A stretch of DNA of 64,000 nt from a virus. Positions 28,779 to 37,379 of the stretch are shown piece after piece. The notes beneath the pieces are model-generated. The model did not search any database and was not told where the DNA came from. It was given only the letters and a program-made list of their open reading frames with translations. The position numbers were made by a program, and so were the translations under genes. Positions within the stretch are counted from its first letter, which is position 1. The number at the start of each line of letters is the position of its first letter. The DNA is taken from positions 32,001 to 96,000 of IMG/VR virus record IMGVR_UViG_3300032242_000468; one strand, given 5' to 3'.

Positions 28779-30497
28779 TTATTGAGCGGGCGGTTGAGCA
28801 CCAGGTACTGCCGCTCCCTGTCCTGCTCCGCTTAGATCTGGCTCAGGACCGCCTTCCATACCTTCTGGTGCTTCCCCTGATTGACTCAAATCATCTAGGT
28901 CACTCTGCATGCCATCGGCAGTTACCCCAGCACCTCGAAGTTCGCTGCCTGCTGGTAGAGAATCCTTGCTCATGCCGTTCTCTTCTCTCCACATCTTTTC
29001 GTTTTCTGCTACTTCTTCTGCTGTCAAACCTAAGAAACGTTTGAGTGCAAAGCGTTTGCTGATGTGAGGTACAGCCGCAATAGAACCAAATGTATTAATA
29101 CGCACACCATCCATTTCTGCTTGTCGATAGGCCGCAAAGTTCTGTGGTGGATTAAACTTAAGGTCAAACACATTGGGATCAAAGTTTATCCCTTTATTAC
29201 GCATAAACAGTTTAAATTCTGTATCAAACTGCTCGTTGATTAGACTCTGTAGGCGCTCACAGTACTTGTTGAACCGTAGTTCTTGGATGTAGGCTGTTCC
29301 AACTCTACCATCATTGAAATTAGATCCGCCGTCGTCAGGCCCGGTAGGAAGGTAACTGCTAGGTATGCGTAAAGCCCTAAATAACTTATTAGTAAAATAT
29401 CTAAGATCATCAATTTCTCCTAAATTAGTACCACCAGGTAGGATTTCAACTTTACTACCTCTTCCCTCGGAAGTCTGTGGGAAAAAGTAGTCGTCGTTCA
29501 TACTTAACGGATTATAACTGCTGTCTGTAACAGTTTGTCCTCCGCCAGTGACACTAGGGATACGGCGTTGATTTACTTCGTTTTTAACACGCTCAACGAA
29601 GCTCATAGCCAAATGGCTTGGCATGTTACCAACGTCAATATAGAATACTCTGCGCTCGGGAGCACGTTGTACACGATAGATAATGATAGCATCTTCTAAT
29701 AGTTCTTTTTGTTTGTATACTTTAAAAATTGGTTCTAATAAACTGTTGCCAAAAGGGAAATTATTGTCTAAACCTTCACTCATTGACAGGTGAATTACGT
29801 GTCTAGCATCGATAGCATACTGGTTTTGATTCAATCCAAAGCGACTACCTTGATTAGGTTGTCCACCTTGACCACCTACCATACCCTTCTGTTGAGCACC
29901 AGCGGTAACATAGTTGCTGTTTCCTGGTGTTCCTGATGGATTATTAGGTGCAATTTGAGTAACTGCCAGGGTCATTAGATTGATATTTAGATCACGGATA
30001 ACATACTGTTCAGGCTCTTTACCTGTGCTTTCGTTAACAATAATCTTGTCAACCTTGTTAGGATCAATGTACATCCAAGCCTGTGTTTCTGGATCACGAA
30101 CAAAGAAACTATCGCCATATTTGAAGGCATTTCTAACAATTTTAAAAATTCTGCTGTTGAACTTGTTTAACTTTGTCCACTGCTGTAGATACTTTTTAAT
30201 AATTTTTGTTTCACTAGATGTGGCTTGTTCTTTAAAAAAGATTTCAAACGGTGTTCCGTTCTCGTCGTTCTCTTGTGAGCAGAATTCTGCCAAAATATCA
30301 AGGGCCGCATTGACTTCTGAGTCACCGTCCATGGTATCGTATTGACCGTAACGCTCTAGACGATTTGGATGTCCGGAGTAGACATCAGGTAGGTAAGAAC
30401 TATAATTGGTCTTAGAACCGTGTGGTCGAAGAGCACCGCTTATAAGGCTCATTTGCCCTGACATGTTTACAGGAGTAAAATACTTTTTCCAAGACAT
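28779..30497 (-). CDS. gp20: Portal protein (T4 gp20-like)
   Basis: LLEDAIIIYRVQRAPERRVFYIDVGNMP, DYFFPQ...GRGSKVEILPGGTNLGEIDDLRYF and ELRFNKY motifs. Confidence 0.97.
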   Translation of the reverse strand: MSWKKYFTPVNMSGQMSLISGALRPHGSKTNYSSYLPDVYSGHPNRLERYGQYDTMDGDSEVNAALDILAEFCSQENDENGTPFEIFFKEQATSSETKIIKKYLQQWTKLNKFNSRIFKIVRNAFKYGDSFFVRDPETQAWMYIDPNKVDKIIVNESTGKEPEQYVIRDLNINLMTLAVTQIAPNNPSGTPGNSNYVTAGAQQKGMVGGQGGQPNQGSRFGLNQNQYAIDARHVIHLSMSEGLDNNFPFGNSLLEPIFKVYKQKELLEDAIIIYRVQRAPERRVFYIDVGNMPSHLAMSFVERVKNEVNQRRIPSVTGGGQTVTDSSYNPLSMNDDYFFPQTSEGRGSKVEILPGGTNLGEIDDLRYFTNKLFRALRIPSSYLPTGPDDGGSNFNDGRVGTAYIQELRFNKYCERLQSLINEQFDTEFKLFMRNKGINFDPNVFDLKFNPPQNFAAYRQAEMDGVRINTFGSIAAVPHISKRFALKRFLGLTAEEVAENEKMWREENGMSKDSLPAGSELRGAGVTADGMQSDLDDLSQSGEAPEGMEGGPEPDLSGAGQGAAVPGAQPPAQ

Positions 30498-30504
30498 AAT
30501 TTAA

Positions 30505-33500
30505 TTAAACGTATAAGTTTCCAGATAGTGATCCAAGTTTAGTAGTTTGAGTCTTGTTCTCATCGAGAGTGGCTTTCATATACTTGACTAGATCAGCAGT
30601 TTGTTTATTTAACGTCTGCATCTCCTTTAACATATTTTCATTTGCGGCCGGAACCGCAGTTTGAGCATCTGATTTTTCTTTTTTATCACCTAGTCCAAAC
30701 AGATTTTTAAAATCATCCCCCATAGTTTTGTCAAACATATCTTTCAATGCTTTAGGATCTTTAATCGCTTCGTCTGCTTTTTTGCCAAGATCACCTACAC
30801 TGGGTAATTTATTCATAAATCCGGGTAGTAATGTATCTGTTAGAGATTTAAACATGTCTGGTTGCATTTGTGTTCTACCAGACTGCTCCATTGAGATTTT
30901 ATCTCGTAATGCAGTAGGGTCTTGCATTTTGTCATCCATCATTAAAGATTTTGGAATAGGAGGTAAATCTTTAAATTTTTTGTTCATTTCATCTAATACT
31001 GCCTGAGAAGCCAATTGAGGATCTTTAGTTCCCGGCTGTGGTTGCATCTTAGGCATAAAATCACTTTGGAATACTTTGCTAAACGATACAAGTGTTTCTT
31101 TGGATAGTGTAATATCCTGCTTTTGATTTTGTGATCCTATCATATCATCAGTTAGCCCTTTGAAGTTGCCGCTGAGATTCTTTGTCATGTCCTGCATGTG
31201 AGATTTCATATCCGGACCTTTATCTTTACCCAAATTCTTCATAGCAGAATTAGATAGTATATCTCCTGCCTGTTTAGAAAAGAATATCTCAGGACCGTTT
31301 TCACCTACTAGATACGGGGTATTAGCATCAGTAGGACCTCCTCCTGCTTTCTTTCCGATTTCTTTTCCTTTGTTCTCTTTCTCTTCCATTTCTTTACGAA
31401 CAGCAGATTCAGTTGGTGCCGACATTTTATCGCCTATTGTTTTTCCTAACAGCCCGCCTAACACAACTCCACCAGCACCGCCAAGCCAAACCCCAATTTC
31501 TGAACCTATACTAGCACCTAATATTGTACCTACCGGACCTGCTAATGAACCAATTATGCCGCCTGCCCAGGCACCAGCAACACCACCTCCGACTGCTCCA
31601 CCGACTGCTCCAGCACCTGCTCCGACTGCCATTCCTGCCGCATTTCCTGCTACAGTACCTTGATTAGACTTATCTTTTACTTCTTGCTCTTTTACTTTTG
31701 CCATTTTGGCATCTACTTCGCCGCTATTTTTTAGTGTGTCTTGTTCTTTTTGTAATTTTGCTTTCTTTTCTTCATTAAGTTTACCTTCAGCATCTAAAAG
31801 ATTTAGAGCCGAATTTTTAACATCAATAGAGGCTTGTTCTTTTTTTCTTATTTCTTCGTATTGCTCTTTGGTAATTTTTCCTGCTTTTAATTGTTCATTG
31901 GCATTATCTATTGCTTCTTTAGATGCTTTAACTTGTTGAGCAGTTTTTTCTTGTTCGGCTTTATTACCGTCTAATGATAAAGCAAGATTTCTTTTTTCTG
32001 CATCAACTGACAGGCGTGTCTGTTCTGCCTTTGCATCATATGCTTCTTTTTGTGCATCTAGTTGTGCTCTTTCTTTTGCGGCATCCTTATCATCGTACAT
32101 GATTTTAGGAAGAATTGCTTTTTTAATTTCAATTAACATCAACTTTAGGTAATAGGTAATGTCATTAATGATCTTCTTTTGACCATCTTCTGAAAATAAA
32201 TCTTTTGCAAAGTTTGTAATAAATGTTGCAAATTTGGTTATTGCTTCCTTAATTGCAGGCATGTTAGATTTAACAAATCCCATAAACTCGTTTGCTAAAT
32301 CGTTTACTATAGGAGTTAACATTGCTATTGCTGGTTGCAGAGCTCCGTATATTGAAGCACCCATATCTTTAAATGCTTTCTCTGATTCAGCCGCATTAGC
32401 GGCGGCGGATCGTTCTCTTGCTTCTTGTTCTTTACCAATTCTTTCTCTAAGAGCCATTTCTTTTTCAGCAGATGTAGCACCTTGCTTGTCAAGTTCATTA
32501 GCATGTTTAGCCATAGTTGTAGCGGCTTCCGATAGAGCTCCCCCTCCTTGCGCAAGTGCATACGTCATCTGCGGACCCATCTCTTTACCTGCTTTACCTA
32601 CAGTTTGACTAACATTTGTTAGACCTTTGTTAACATCTTTCATGCCTTTACTATTATCGTGGACATCGTTAACAACACCGCCTAGTGCTTTATCAAATCC
32701 GTTAACTGTTGCTGTCAAAGCCTGTGCTTGTTCTGATATAGGAGGCATTCCTAAGAACTTGGCTTTAAATGCATCAGCACCAGCCTTACCGTATTTGGCC
32801 TGCATCTCAGCAAGTGCAGCCGCGGCTTTTTTCTTTTCTTCTTCTGTCTTGCCGGCAAGTGCCATTTGGTAAGCGGCATCCTGCGATGCTTCTTTCTGTT
32901 GCTTTTCTAATTCTTCTCTGCTCTGCCCAGTCATCTCTGCTAGTGCATCTAATTGTTTTAGATATTCGCCAGCACCTTGAGACAGTGCTTTTGTGTCTTT
33001 CATTTCTTGTGCACTACGTCCACCAGTGGCTTCTATATAATTTGCTAGACCGTCGTTGACTTCTTGAGTAGTAAATCCAAGTGCACGAAGATCTGCACCC
33101 ATCTGACTGTTTCGTAAATCTTTTGATAGTTTGACAAAATTTTGAGCACCTTCTTCAACATCACCGCCCATTCTGTGTAGCGCATTAGAATTCTTTGTAA
33201 CAAACCCAGCAAACTCATCTAAGGTCATACCTAAGTCAAGAGCGGTTTGACGTATTGTGTTTAACTGTCCGCCAAAGTTAACTCCGGCTTTGGTCATAGT
33301 TCTATAGGTATCTAGTTCTGCTTGTTGCATTTTGGCTATCTTTTCAAACAGTCCTGCAACTAATCCTAGGCCTAATGGTAAATCTTTTAGTGCCCCGTAG
33401 AAATCACTTATCTTTCCTTGACCGTCCATCATGGAACCGGCTAAATCAGTTAAGTTACTAGCAGTTTTAACTGCTCCTCCGATCAAATCTCCAAGCACTC

Positions 33501-33801
33501 CACCAAGGAACATTGCGCCCTTGGCCAATCTGCTCATGGACTCAGTAGCATGTTCTGTGGCTACAGTTTCTTCTTTTGTAGCCTGTGTTTGATCTTTTGT
33601 AGCCTTTGTCTCTTGTTGCAGGGCTTGTGTTTGTGCGTTATTGCCACCGCCACCTCCCCCACCTCCTAGACTACCTTTTAAACTTGATATTACAGCAGTC
33701 TGCTTATTAAGAGCGGCCAGCATGGCCCTTAACGTGGCTTCTGTTGCCGCATTATTCAGTTCTACCGGTTCACTACCTATTGTACCCGTTACGTCAGCCA
33801 T
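30505..33801 (-). CDS. Tape-measure-like tail protein (1098 aa)
   Basis: Long helical A/K/E-rich protein with a glycine-zipper hydrophobic segment and an AGGG...YLVGENGPEIF motif common in tape-measure proteins; adjacent to the chaperone pair. Confidence 0.75.
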   Translation of the reverse strand: MADVTGTIGSEPVELNNAATEATLRAMLAALNKQTAVISSLKGSLGGGGGGGGNNAQTQALQQETKATKDQTQATKEETVATEHATESMSRLAKGAMFLGGVLGDLIGGAVKTASNLTDLAGSMMDGQGKISDFYGALKDLPLGLGLVAGLFEKIAKMQQAELDTYRTMTKAGVNFGGQLNTIRQTALDLGMTLDEFAGFVTKNSNALHRMGGDVEEGAQNFVKLSKDLRNSQMGADLRALGFTTQEVNDGLANYIEATGGRSAQEMKDTKALSQGAGEYLKQLDALAEMTGQSREELEKQQKEASQDAAYQMALAGKTEEEKKKAAAALAEMQAKYGKAGADAFKAKFLGMPPISEQAQALTATVNGFDKALGGVVNDVHDNSKGMKDVNKGLTNVSQTVGKAGKEMGPQMTYALAQGGGALSEAATTMAKHANELDKQGATSAEKEMALRERIGKEQEARERSAAANAAESEKAFKDMGASIYGALQPAIAMLTPIVNDLANEFMGFVKSNMPAIKEAITKFATFITNFAKDLFSEDGQKKIINDITYYLKLMLIEIKKAILPKIMYDDKDAAKERAQLDAQKEAYDAKAEQTRLSVDAEKRNLALSLDGNKAEQEKTAQQVKASKEAIDNANEQLKAGKITKEQYEEIRKKEQASIDVKNSALNLLDAEGKLNEEKKAKLQKEQDTLKNSGEVDAKMAKVKEQEVKDKSNQGTVAGNAAGMAVGAGAGAVGGAVGGGVAGAWAGGIIGSLAGPVGTILGASIGSEIGVWLGGAGGVVLGGLLGKTIGDKMSAPTESAVRKEMEEKENKGKEIGKKAGGGPTDANTPYLVGENGPEIFFSKQAGDILSNSAMKNLGKDKGPDMKSHMQDMTKNLSGNFKGLTDDMIGSQNQKQDITLSKETLVSFSKVFQSDFMPKMQPQPGTKDPQLASQAVLDEMNKKFKDLPPIPKSLMMDDKMQDPTALRDKISMEQSGRTQMQPDMFKSLTDTLLPGFMNKLPSVGDLGKKADEAIKDPKALKDMFDKTMGDDFKNLFGLGDKKEKSDAQTAVPAANENMLKEMQTLNKQTADLVKYMKATLDENKTQTTKLGSLSGNLYV

Positions 33802-33829
33802 TGATTAGATCCACCATTTTATACGTACA

Positions 33830-33861
33830 TAAATATTATCATACTTAGACAAGTTTATTTA
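33830..33861. promoter_or_regulatory. Pair of crossing late promoters (TAAATA + at 33830-33835; TAAATA - at 33856-33861)
   Basis: Both boxes lie in the 73-bp gap between the divergent genes, each oriented toward the gene on the far side. Confidence 0.6.
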
Positions 33862-33874
33862 TCGGAGAAATTTT

Positions 33875-34744
33875 ATGGTTCCTCAACCAAAAGTAAATCA
33901 AAATCCTCTAGCAGGATTCATGCGTCAGCCCAAAATTTATATCAAACTTCCCAGCGGAGGTGAGTTTTGGCCAGCAGGCAGTCTAGACAAGACTGAAAAC
34001 GGAGAGTATCCTGTTTACTCTATGACTGCAAAGGATGAACTGATGCTTAAGGTTCCTGATGCTCTAATGAACGGACAGGCAGTTATTAGTGTTATCGAGC
34101 ACTGCATTCCTAACATCAAGAATGCTTGGCAAACACCAAATTTAGATCTAGATGTTATCTTAATTGCAATCCGCATTGCTACTTACGGTGATACTATGAC
34201 TATTCCGGTAAGGCTACAGAAAGGCGAAGAATTTGATTATAATCTAAACCTTAATACCTTAATGGATACTCTTATGAATCAGGTTACTTGGCAAACTGCA
34301 ATTCCTGTAAGTCCCGACCTTACCGTTCATGTACGTCCAATCAACTATAAACAAATGACTGATAGTGCTCTTAAAACTTTTGAAACACAGAAAATATTTG
34401 ATGCAGTGAACAATCAAGATCTACCAGTTGACGAAAAAGCCAAAGTGTTTAACGAAAGTTTTGAAAAATTAAATCAAATTACAATAGGAATTGTAAACAA
34501 TTCTGTGTTTGCCATTGAGTCATCAGCAGGAACTACAGATAATCCTGTGCATCTAAAAGAGTTTATGGAAAATTCAGATAAAGAAATTTTTGATACAGTT
34601 AAAAAGTATATCGAAACTCTAAGAGAAAATAACACTATTAAACCTTTAAAGGTACAGACTACTGAACAGATGCGTGAATCAGGTGTTGTTGAAGATGAAG
34701 TTGAAATTCCGTTAATCTTTGACGCTAGTTATTTTTTCGCATAA
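33875..34744 (+). CDS. T4 gp26-like baseplate hub assembly/tail assembly chaperone (289 aa)
   Basis: IKLPSGG...MTAKDELMLK...DLDVILIAIRIATYGD resembles the gp26-like family. It ends YFFA over a slippery T TTT TTC; SD GGAG. Confidence 0.7.
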   Translation: MVPQPKVNQNPLAGFMRQPKIYIKLPSGGEFWPAGSLDKTENGEYPVYSMTAKDELMLKVPDALMNGQAVISVIEHCIPNIKNAWQTPNLDLDVILIAIRIATYGDTMTIPVRLQKGEEFDYNLNLNTLMDTLMNQVTWQTAIPVSPDLTVHVRPINYKQMTDSALKTFETQKIFDAVNNQDLPVDEKAKVFNESFEKLNQITIGIVNNSVFAIESSAGTTDNPVHLKEFMENSDKEIFDTVKKYIETLRENNTIKPLKVQTTEQMRESGVVEDEVEIPLIFDASYFFA

Positions 34745-34749
34745 GGCTT

Positions 34750-34968
34750 TTGTCAATGACTATGGAAGACATAGTCGAACTCGTTCAGCGCATGGAAGTT
34801 GAGACAAAAGCCATCAAACAAGAACTCTATAAATTCTGTTGGTACATGCGAGGTAGTCTATCATTTACCGAAGCCTATGATCTAGAAATAGGCGATAGAG
34901 AAATACTGGGAAAAATAATAGAAGACAACTTAGACACAACTAAGAAATCTGGACTTCCGTTCTTTTAA
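34750..34968 (+). CDS. Small tail chaperone extension/gp51-like protein (72 aa), possibly reached by -1 frameshift
   Basis: In the -1 frame relative to the upstream gene; that frame is open from 34729. Confidence 0.65.
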   Translation: MSMTMEDIVELVQRMEVETKAIKQELYKFCWYMRGSLSFTEAYDLEIGDREILGKIIEDNLDTTKKSGLPFF

Positions 34969-36167
34969 ATCATTCCTCTTAGGAATCTACTGTAGTATTG
35001 GATTCCCTCTTTTGCATATTCTTGGTTAGAATCAAACTTACTTGCGGCTCGTGCTTTTTGACTTGCCGCAAGATTGGATCTTAGTTTAGCCGTTTGATCT
35101 TGGCTAGATGTAGTAGGATTAGTAGTATTTGGAACAACATTAACTGCTTTAGAATTTAATGGCTTAGACACATTTTTCATCGTGTTAGGATCAAAGCGTG
35201 TAGTAACACCGTAATTAGCCTTACCGTTACCAATTTGATTATTATAACTTCCGCCTGCTCGTTGAAGTGGAATCATTTTTCCTGTTTCATCATCATACGT
35301 TCCACCTGCATCTTGATGTGCTTTCATTTCTGCGTCAGTATAATTAGGATTTCTTTTAGATTTTTGTTGTGTAGGGGCCGGTAAAGATAGAGGATTAGTA
35401 GTTGACTTTGTCTTAGGTTCAACATCTGTAACATCTGCGTTAGGTTTAGCAGATGTAGATTGTTTATTATTTGGGTTGTTAGGGTCGGCTTTGTGAACTA
35501 GGCCTGTTGATGTTTGATTTATTTGTCCGTTTGTGCTTGACGGAGTGCTTACATTATCAGCAGGAGTCTCTGGAGCCGATGCTTGCTGAGTTTGATTTGG
35601 TTGAGCCTGAGATGCTTGCTGAGTTTGATTTGGTTGAGCCTGAGATGCTTGCTGAGTTTGATTTGGTTGAGCCTGAGATGCTTGCTGAGTTTGATTTGGT
35701 TGAGCCTGAGATGCTTGCTGACCAGAAGTAGCGTTTCCTGTGCTTTGGTTAGGTTGCGTTGTCTGTTGAGAAGGTGCTGATTGAGAAGTCTGTTTTTGTT
35801 GGCGCTCAATTTCGTCTGCTCTTGCCATTAAATCTCTAGCCTGTTTTCTCAAGGTAGCAGGATCTTCTGCACTCTGTCCTGCTACAGCCTGTGCTTGACC
35901 TGCCGCTGATTGTTGTCCTGAGGGTTGATATTGAGTACCGCCTTGTTGTGGTGTCTCATCAGGACCTCCAGCAATAGTATCAGATGCTCTGTTATATCCT
36001 TTTTTAATAGATCGAGCAATACCTGCTGGTACACCTGCTACTGCACCTATTCCTTGTCCTACTGCTCCAATACCTTTACCTATAGCGGCACCTACCTGTC
36101 GAGTTTTATCCCATATAGGTCCTTCTTCTAGATCAAAATCTTCAGATATAACTTCATGTAGCCTCAT
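34965..36167 (-). CDS. Low-complexity Q/S/T-rich protein (400 aa), probable internal head protein
   Basis: MRLHEVISE N-terminus resembles T4-type capsid-targeting/protease-cleaved leaders; perfect TATAAATA promoter upstream; contains an 11-aa tandem repeat. Confidence 0.6.
   Translation of the reverse strand: MRLHEVISEDFDLEEGPIWDKTRQVGAAIGKGIGAVGQGIGAVAGVPAGIARSIKKGYNRASDTIAGGPDETPQQGGTQYQPSGQQSAAGQAQAVAGQSAEDPATLRKQARDLMARADEIERQQKQTSQSAPSQQTTQPNQSTGNATSGQQASQAQPNQTQQASQAQPNQTQQASQAQPNQTQQASQAQPNQTQQASAPETPADNVSTPSSTNGQINQTSTGLVHKADPNNPNNKQSTSAKPNADVTDVEPKTKSTTNPLSLPAPTQQKSKRNPNYTDAEMKAHQDAGGTYDDETGKMIPLQRAGGSYNNQIGNGKANYGVTTRFDPNTMKNVSKPLNSKAVNVVPNTTNPTTSSQDQTAKLRSNLAASQKARAASKFDSNQEYAKEGIQYYSRFLRGMI
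35578..35721. repeat. 33-bp perfect tandem repeat, 4.4 copies (encodes QQASQAQPNQT)
   Basis: Unit GATGCTTGCTGAGTTTGATTTGGTTGAGCCTGA at 35578, 35611, 35644 and 35677, plus a 12-nt partial copy. Confidence 0.95.
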
Positions 36168-36187
36168 ACAAATTCCTTAAGATGATT

Positions 36188-36195
36188 TATTTATA
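36188..36195 (-). promoter_or_regulatory. Late promoter, full T4 consensus TATAAATA
   Basis: Exact consensus 20 nt upstream of ATG 36167, followed by the SD AAGGA. Confidence 0.8.
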
Positions 36196-36197
36196 TT

Positions 36198-36220
36198 CAA
36201 AAAGTGAACTACGTTCACTT
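36198..36220 (-). terminator. Hairpin plus U-tract closing the non-coding element
   Basis: AAGTGAAC-GTA-GTTCACTT-TTTG on the minus strand. Confidence 0.6.
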
Positions 36221-36625
36221 GCTCTTTCGTTTCACTCAGAGCATTTTTCTCATCGAAGATGTTTAGCATTATCCAGATTGTTCAGCCACACTTTGCCCAG
36301 AAAGGGCAAAATGAAAACATTATCCGAGTTGAACAATGCCACTTAGTAGTAGAGCGTTACAGAGGCGGTCATCCTGTACCTCGAGCTCAGTCTTTATATG
36401 ACGGCGGTTTACATAAATCTACTAACATTTACGCAAACGTAGGGGTTTTCTCCCTTCTTTTTACCTTTTTTCTTATCTTCTAACAATCAAACAGCAAGGA
36501 TTTTGCCATCTTGGTCCTGTGAAGGATACTGATTGAGAACTCTTTACGGCGAGAGATTTCCGTCCCTGCGACCCGAGGTCCAGGTTTAGGGCGCACGATG
36601 TTCGCTTGCGCTTGCCTTTTACCGT
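36200..36625 (-). ncRNA. Large (~430 nt) structured non-coding RNA candidate, family unknown
   Basis: The only long gap in the window. It has about ten stems, G-U wobbles favouring the minus strand, a 7-bp loop pseudoknot, duplicated motifs and a terminal terminator-like hairpin. Confidence 0.65.
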
Positions 36626-37051
36626 TTAAGATTTTAAAATATGTGAGCCATGGACACGGACTTGTATATGCCCGTTATAATATTCATCTGTTTCTAATAC
36701 TTTGCGGTCGAATTGTTCACGGGCCTCAATGTACGATGTTTCTGCTTTACTTTTACAATAATGTAGTATTTGTCTTGTGAAATTTTCTTTGCCTAACTTC
36801 TCAACATCTGCTGTTAAGTTAGGGCTTGAGCCATAATATTCTTGCCAATCTGAGTCAATTTTGCTACGAATCTTCTTCTTTTTCTTTGTGCCGTTCTTTA
36901 ATTTTACAGTTTTATAAGTTGTTTTACTAAATTTTGCTAACTTTTTACCTACGTACTTACGTCCTGTTAAGTTATTTGTAATAAGATAAACAAAGCCTAC
37001 ACAGTCTTCAGGGAGCATCTCCACTATCTGGTTCTGGTAAGTCCATGTCAT
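36626..37051 (-). CDS. Compact GIY-YIG family endonuclease (141 aa)
   Basis: GFVY-x9-KYVG, YYGSS, F-x-R-x-IL, conserved Glu (SYIEARE) and YYN; Lys-rich insertion; no C-terminal DNA-binding repeats. Confidence 0.8.
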   Translation of the reverse strand: MTWTYQNQIVEMLPEDCVGFVYLITNNLTGRKYVGKKLAKFSKTTYKTVKLKNGTKKKKKIRSKIDSDWQEYYGSSPNLTADVEKLGKENFTRQILHYCKSKAETSYIEAREQFDRKVLETDEYYNGHIQVRVHGSHILKS

Positions 37052-37379
37052 CCTCTTTTTGTACCTTTTTAAACACCTGTACGTACTTTAATCTTTCAAG
37101 TTCGTTCACTTTCTTTGACCAACGACGCTTGTCCACTTCTGTGATCAACGTTCTTATTTCACCAACATCTTTGTACAATACGGTGCACTGCTTCTTAAGA
37201 GCGCTGACACTGAGTTGTAATTCGTAAGCAGTTTCTTTATTTGGATATTCCATGTAGGCTACTTCGGCATTATGAATACGAAGTACCATAGCAAGGTAAT
37301 CTGAATAGTGATCACTATGCTTGTTTAGCCTATCCTCTATATGAGGGGTGCTATTCTTGAAATAATTAGCCCTCGACAT
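37008..37379 (-). CDS. Hypothetical helical protein (~123 aa; probable start ATG 37379)
   Basis: Fills the gap between gp46 and the nuclease with short overlaps. The track start (37436) overlaps gp46 by 71 nt. Confidence 0.55.
   Translation of the reverse strand: MSRANYFKNSTPHIEDRLNKHSDHYSDYLAMVLRIHNAEVAYMEYPNKETAYELQLSVSALKKQCTVLYKDVGEIRTLITEVDKRRWSKKVNELERLKYVQVFKKVQKEDDMDLPEPDSGDAP

Noticed and set aside
35578-35721. 33-bp repeats as a CRISPR array
   Set aside because: The units are directly adjacent with no spacers, are a multiple of 3, lie in frame in a coding gene, and no cas genes are present.
36200-36625. tRNA, tmRNA or RNase P RNA
   Set aside because: No cloverleaf with T-loop and CCA end, no tag ORF with tRNA-like ends, and no convincing RNase P P4 consensus.
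36259-36780. Plus-strand ORFs 36259..36483 and 36598..36780
   Set aside because: No SD or promoter and atypical composition. They are antisense to the structured element and the nuclease, so they are probably spurious.
36200-37051. Group I or group II intron with a homing endonuclease
   Set aside because: The element does not interrupt a recognisable gene, and I could not find the group I P7 (R/S) consensus or a group II domain V. Not fully excluded without a covariance search.
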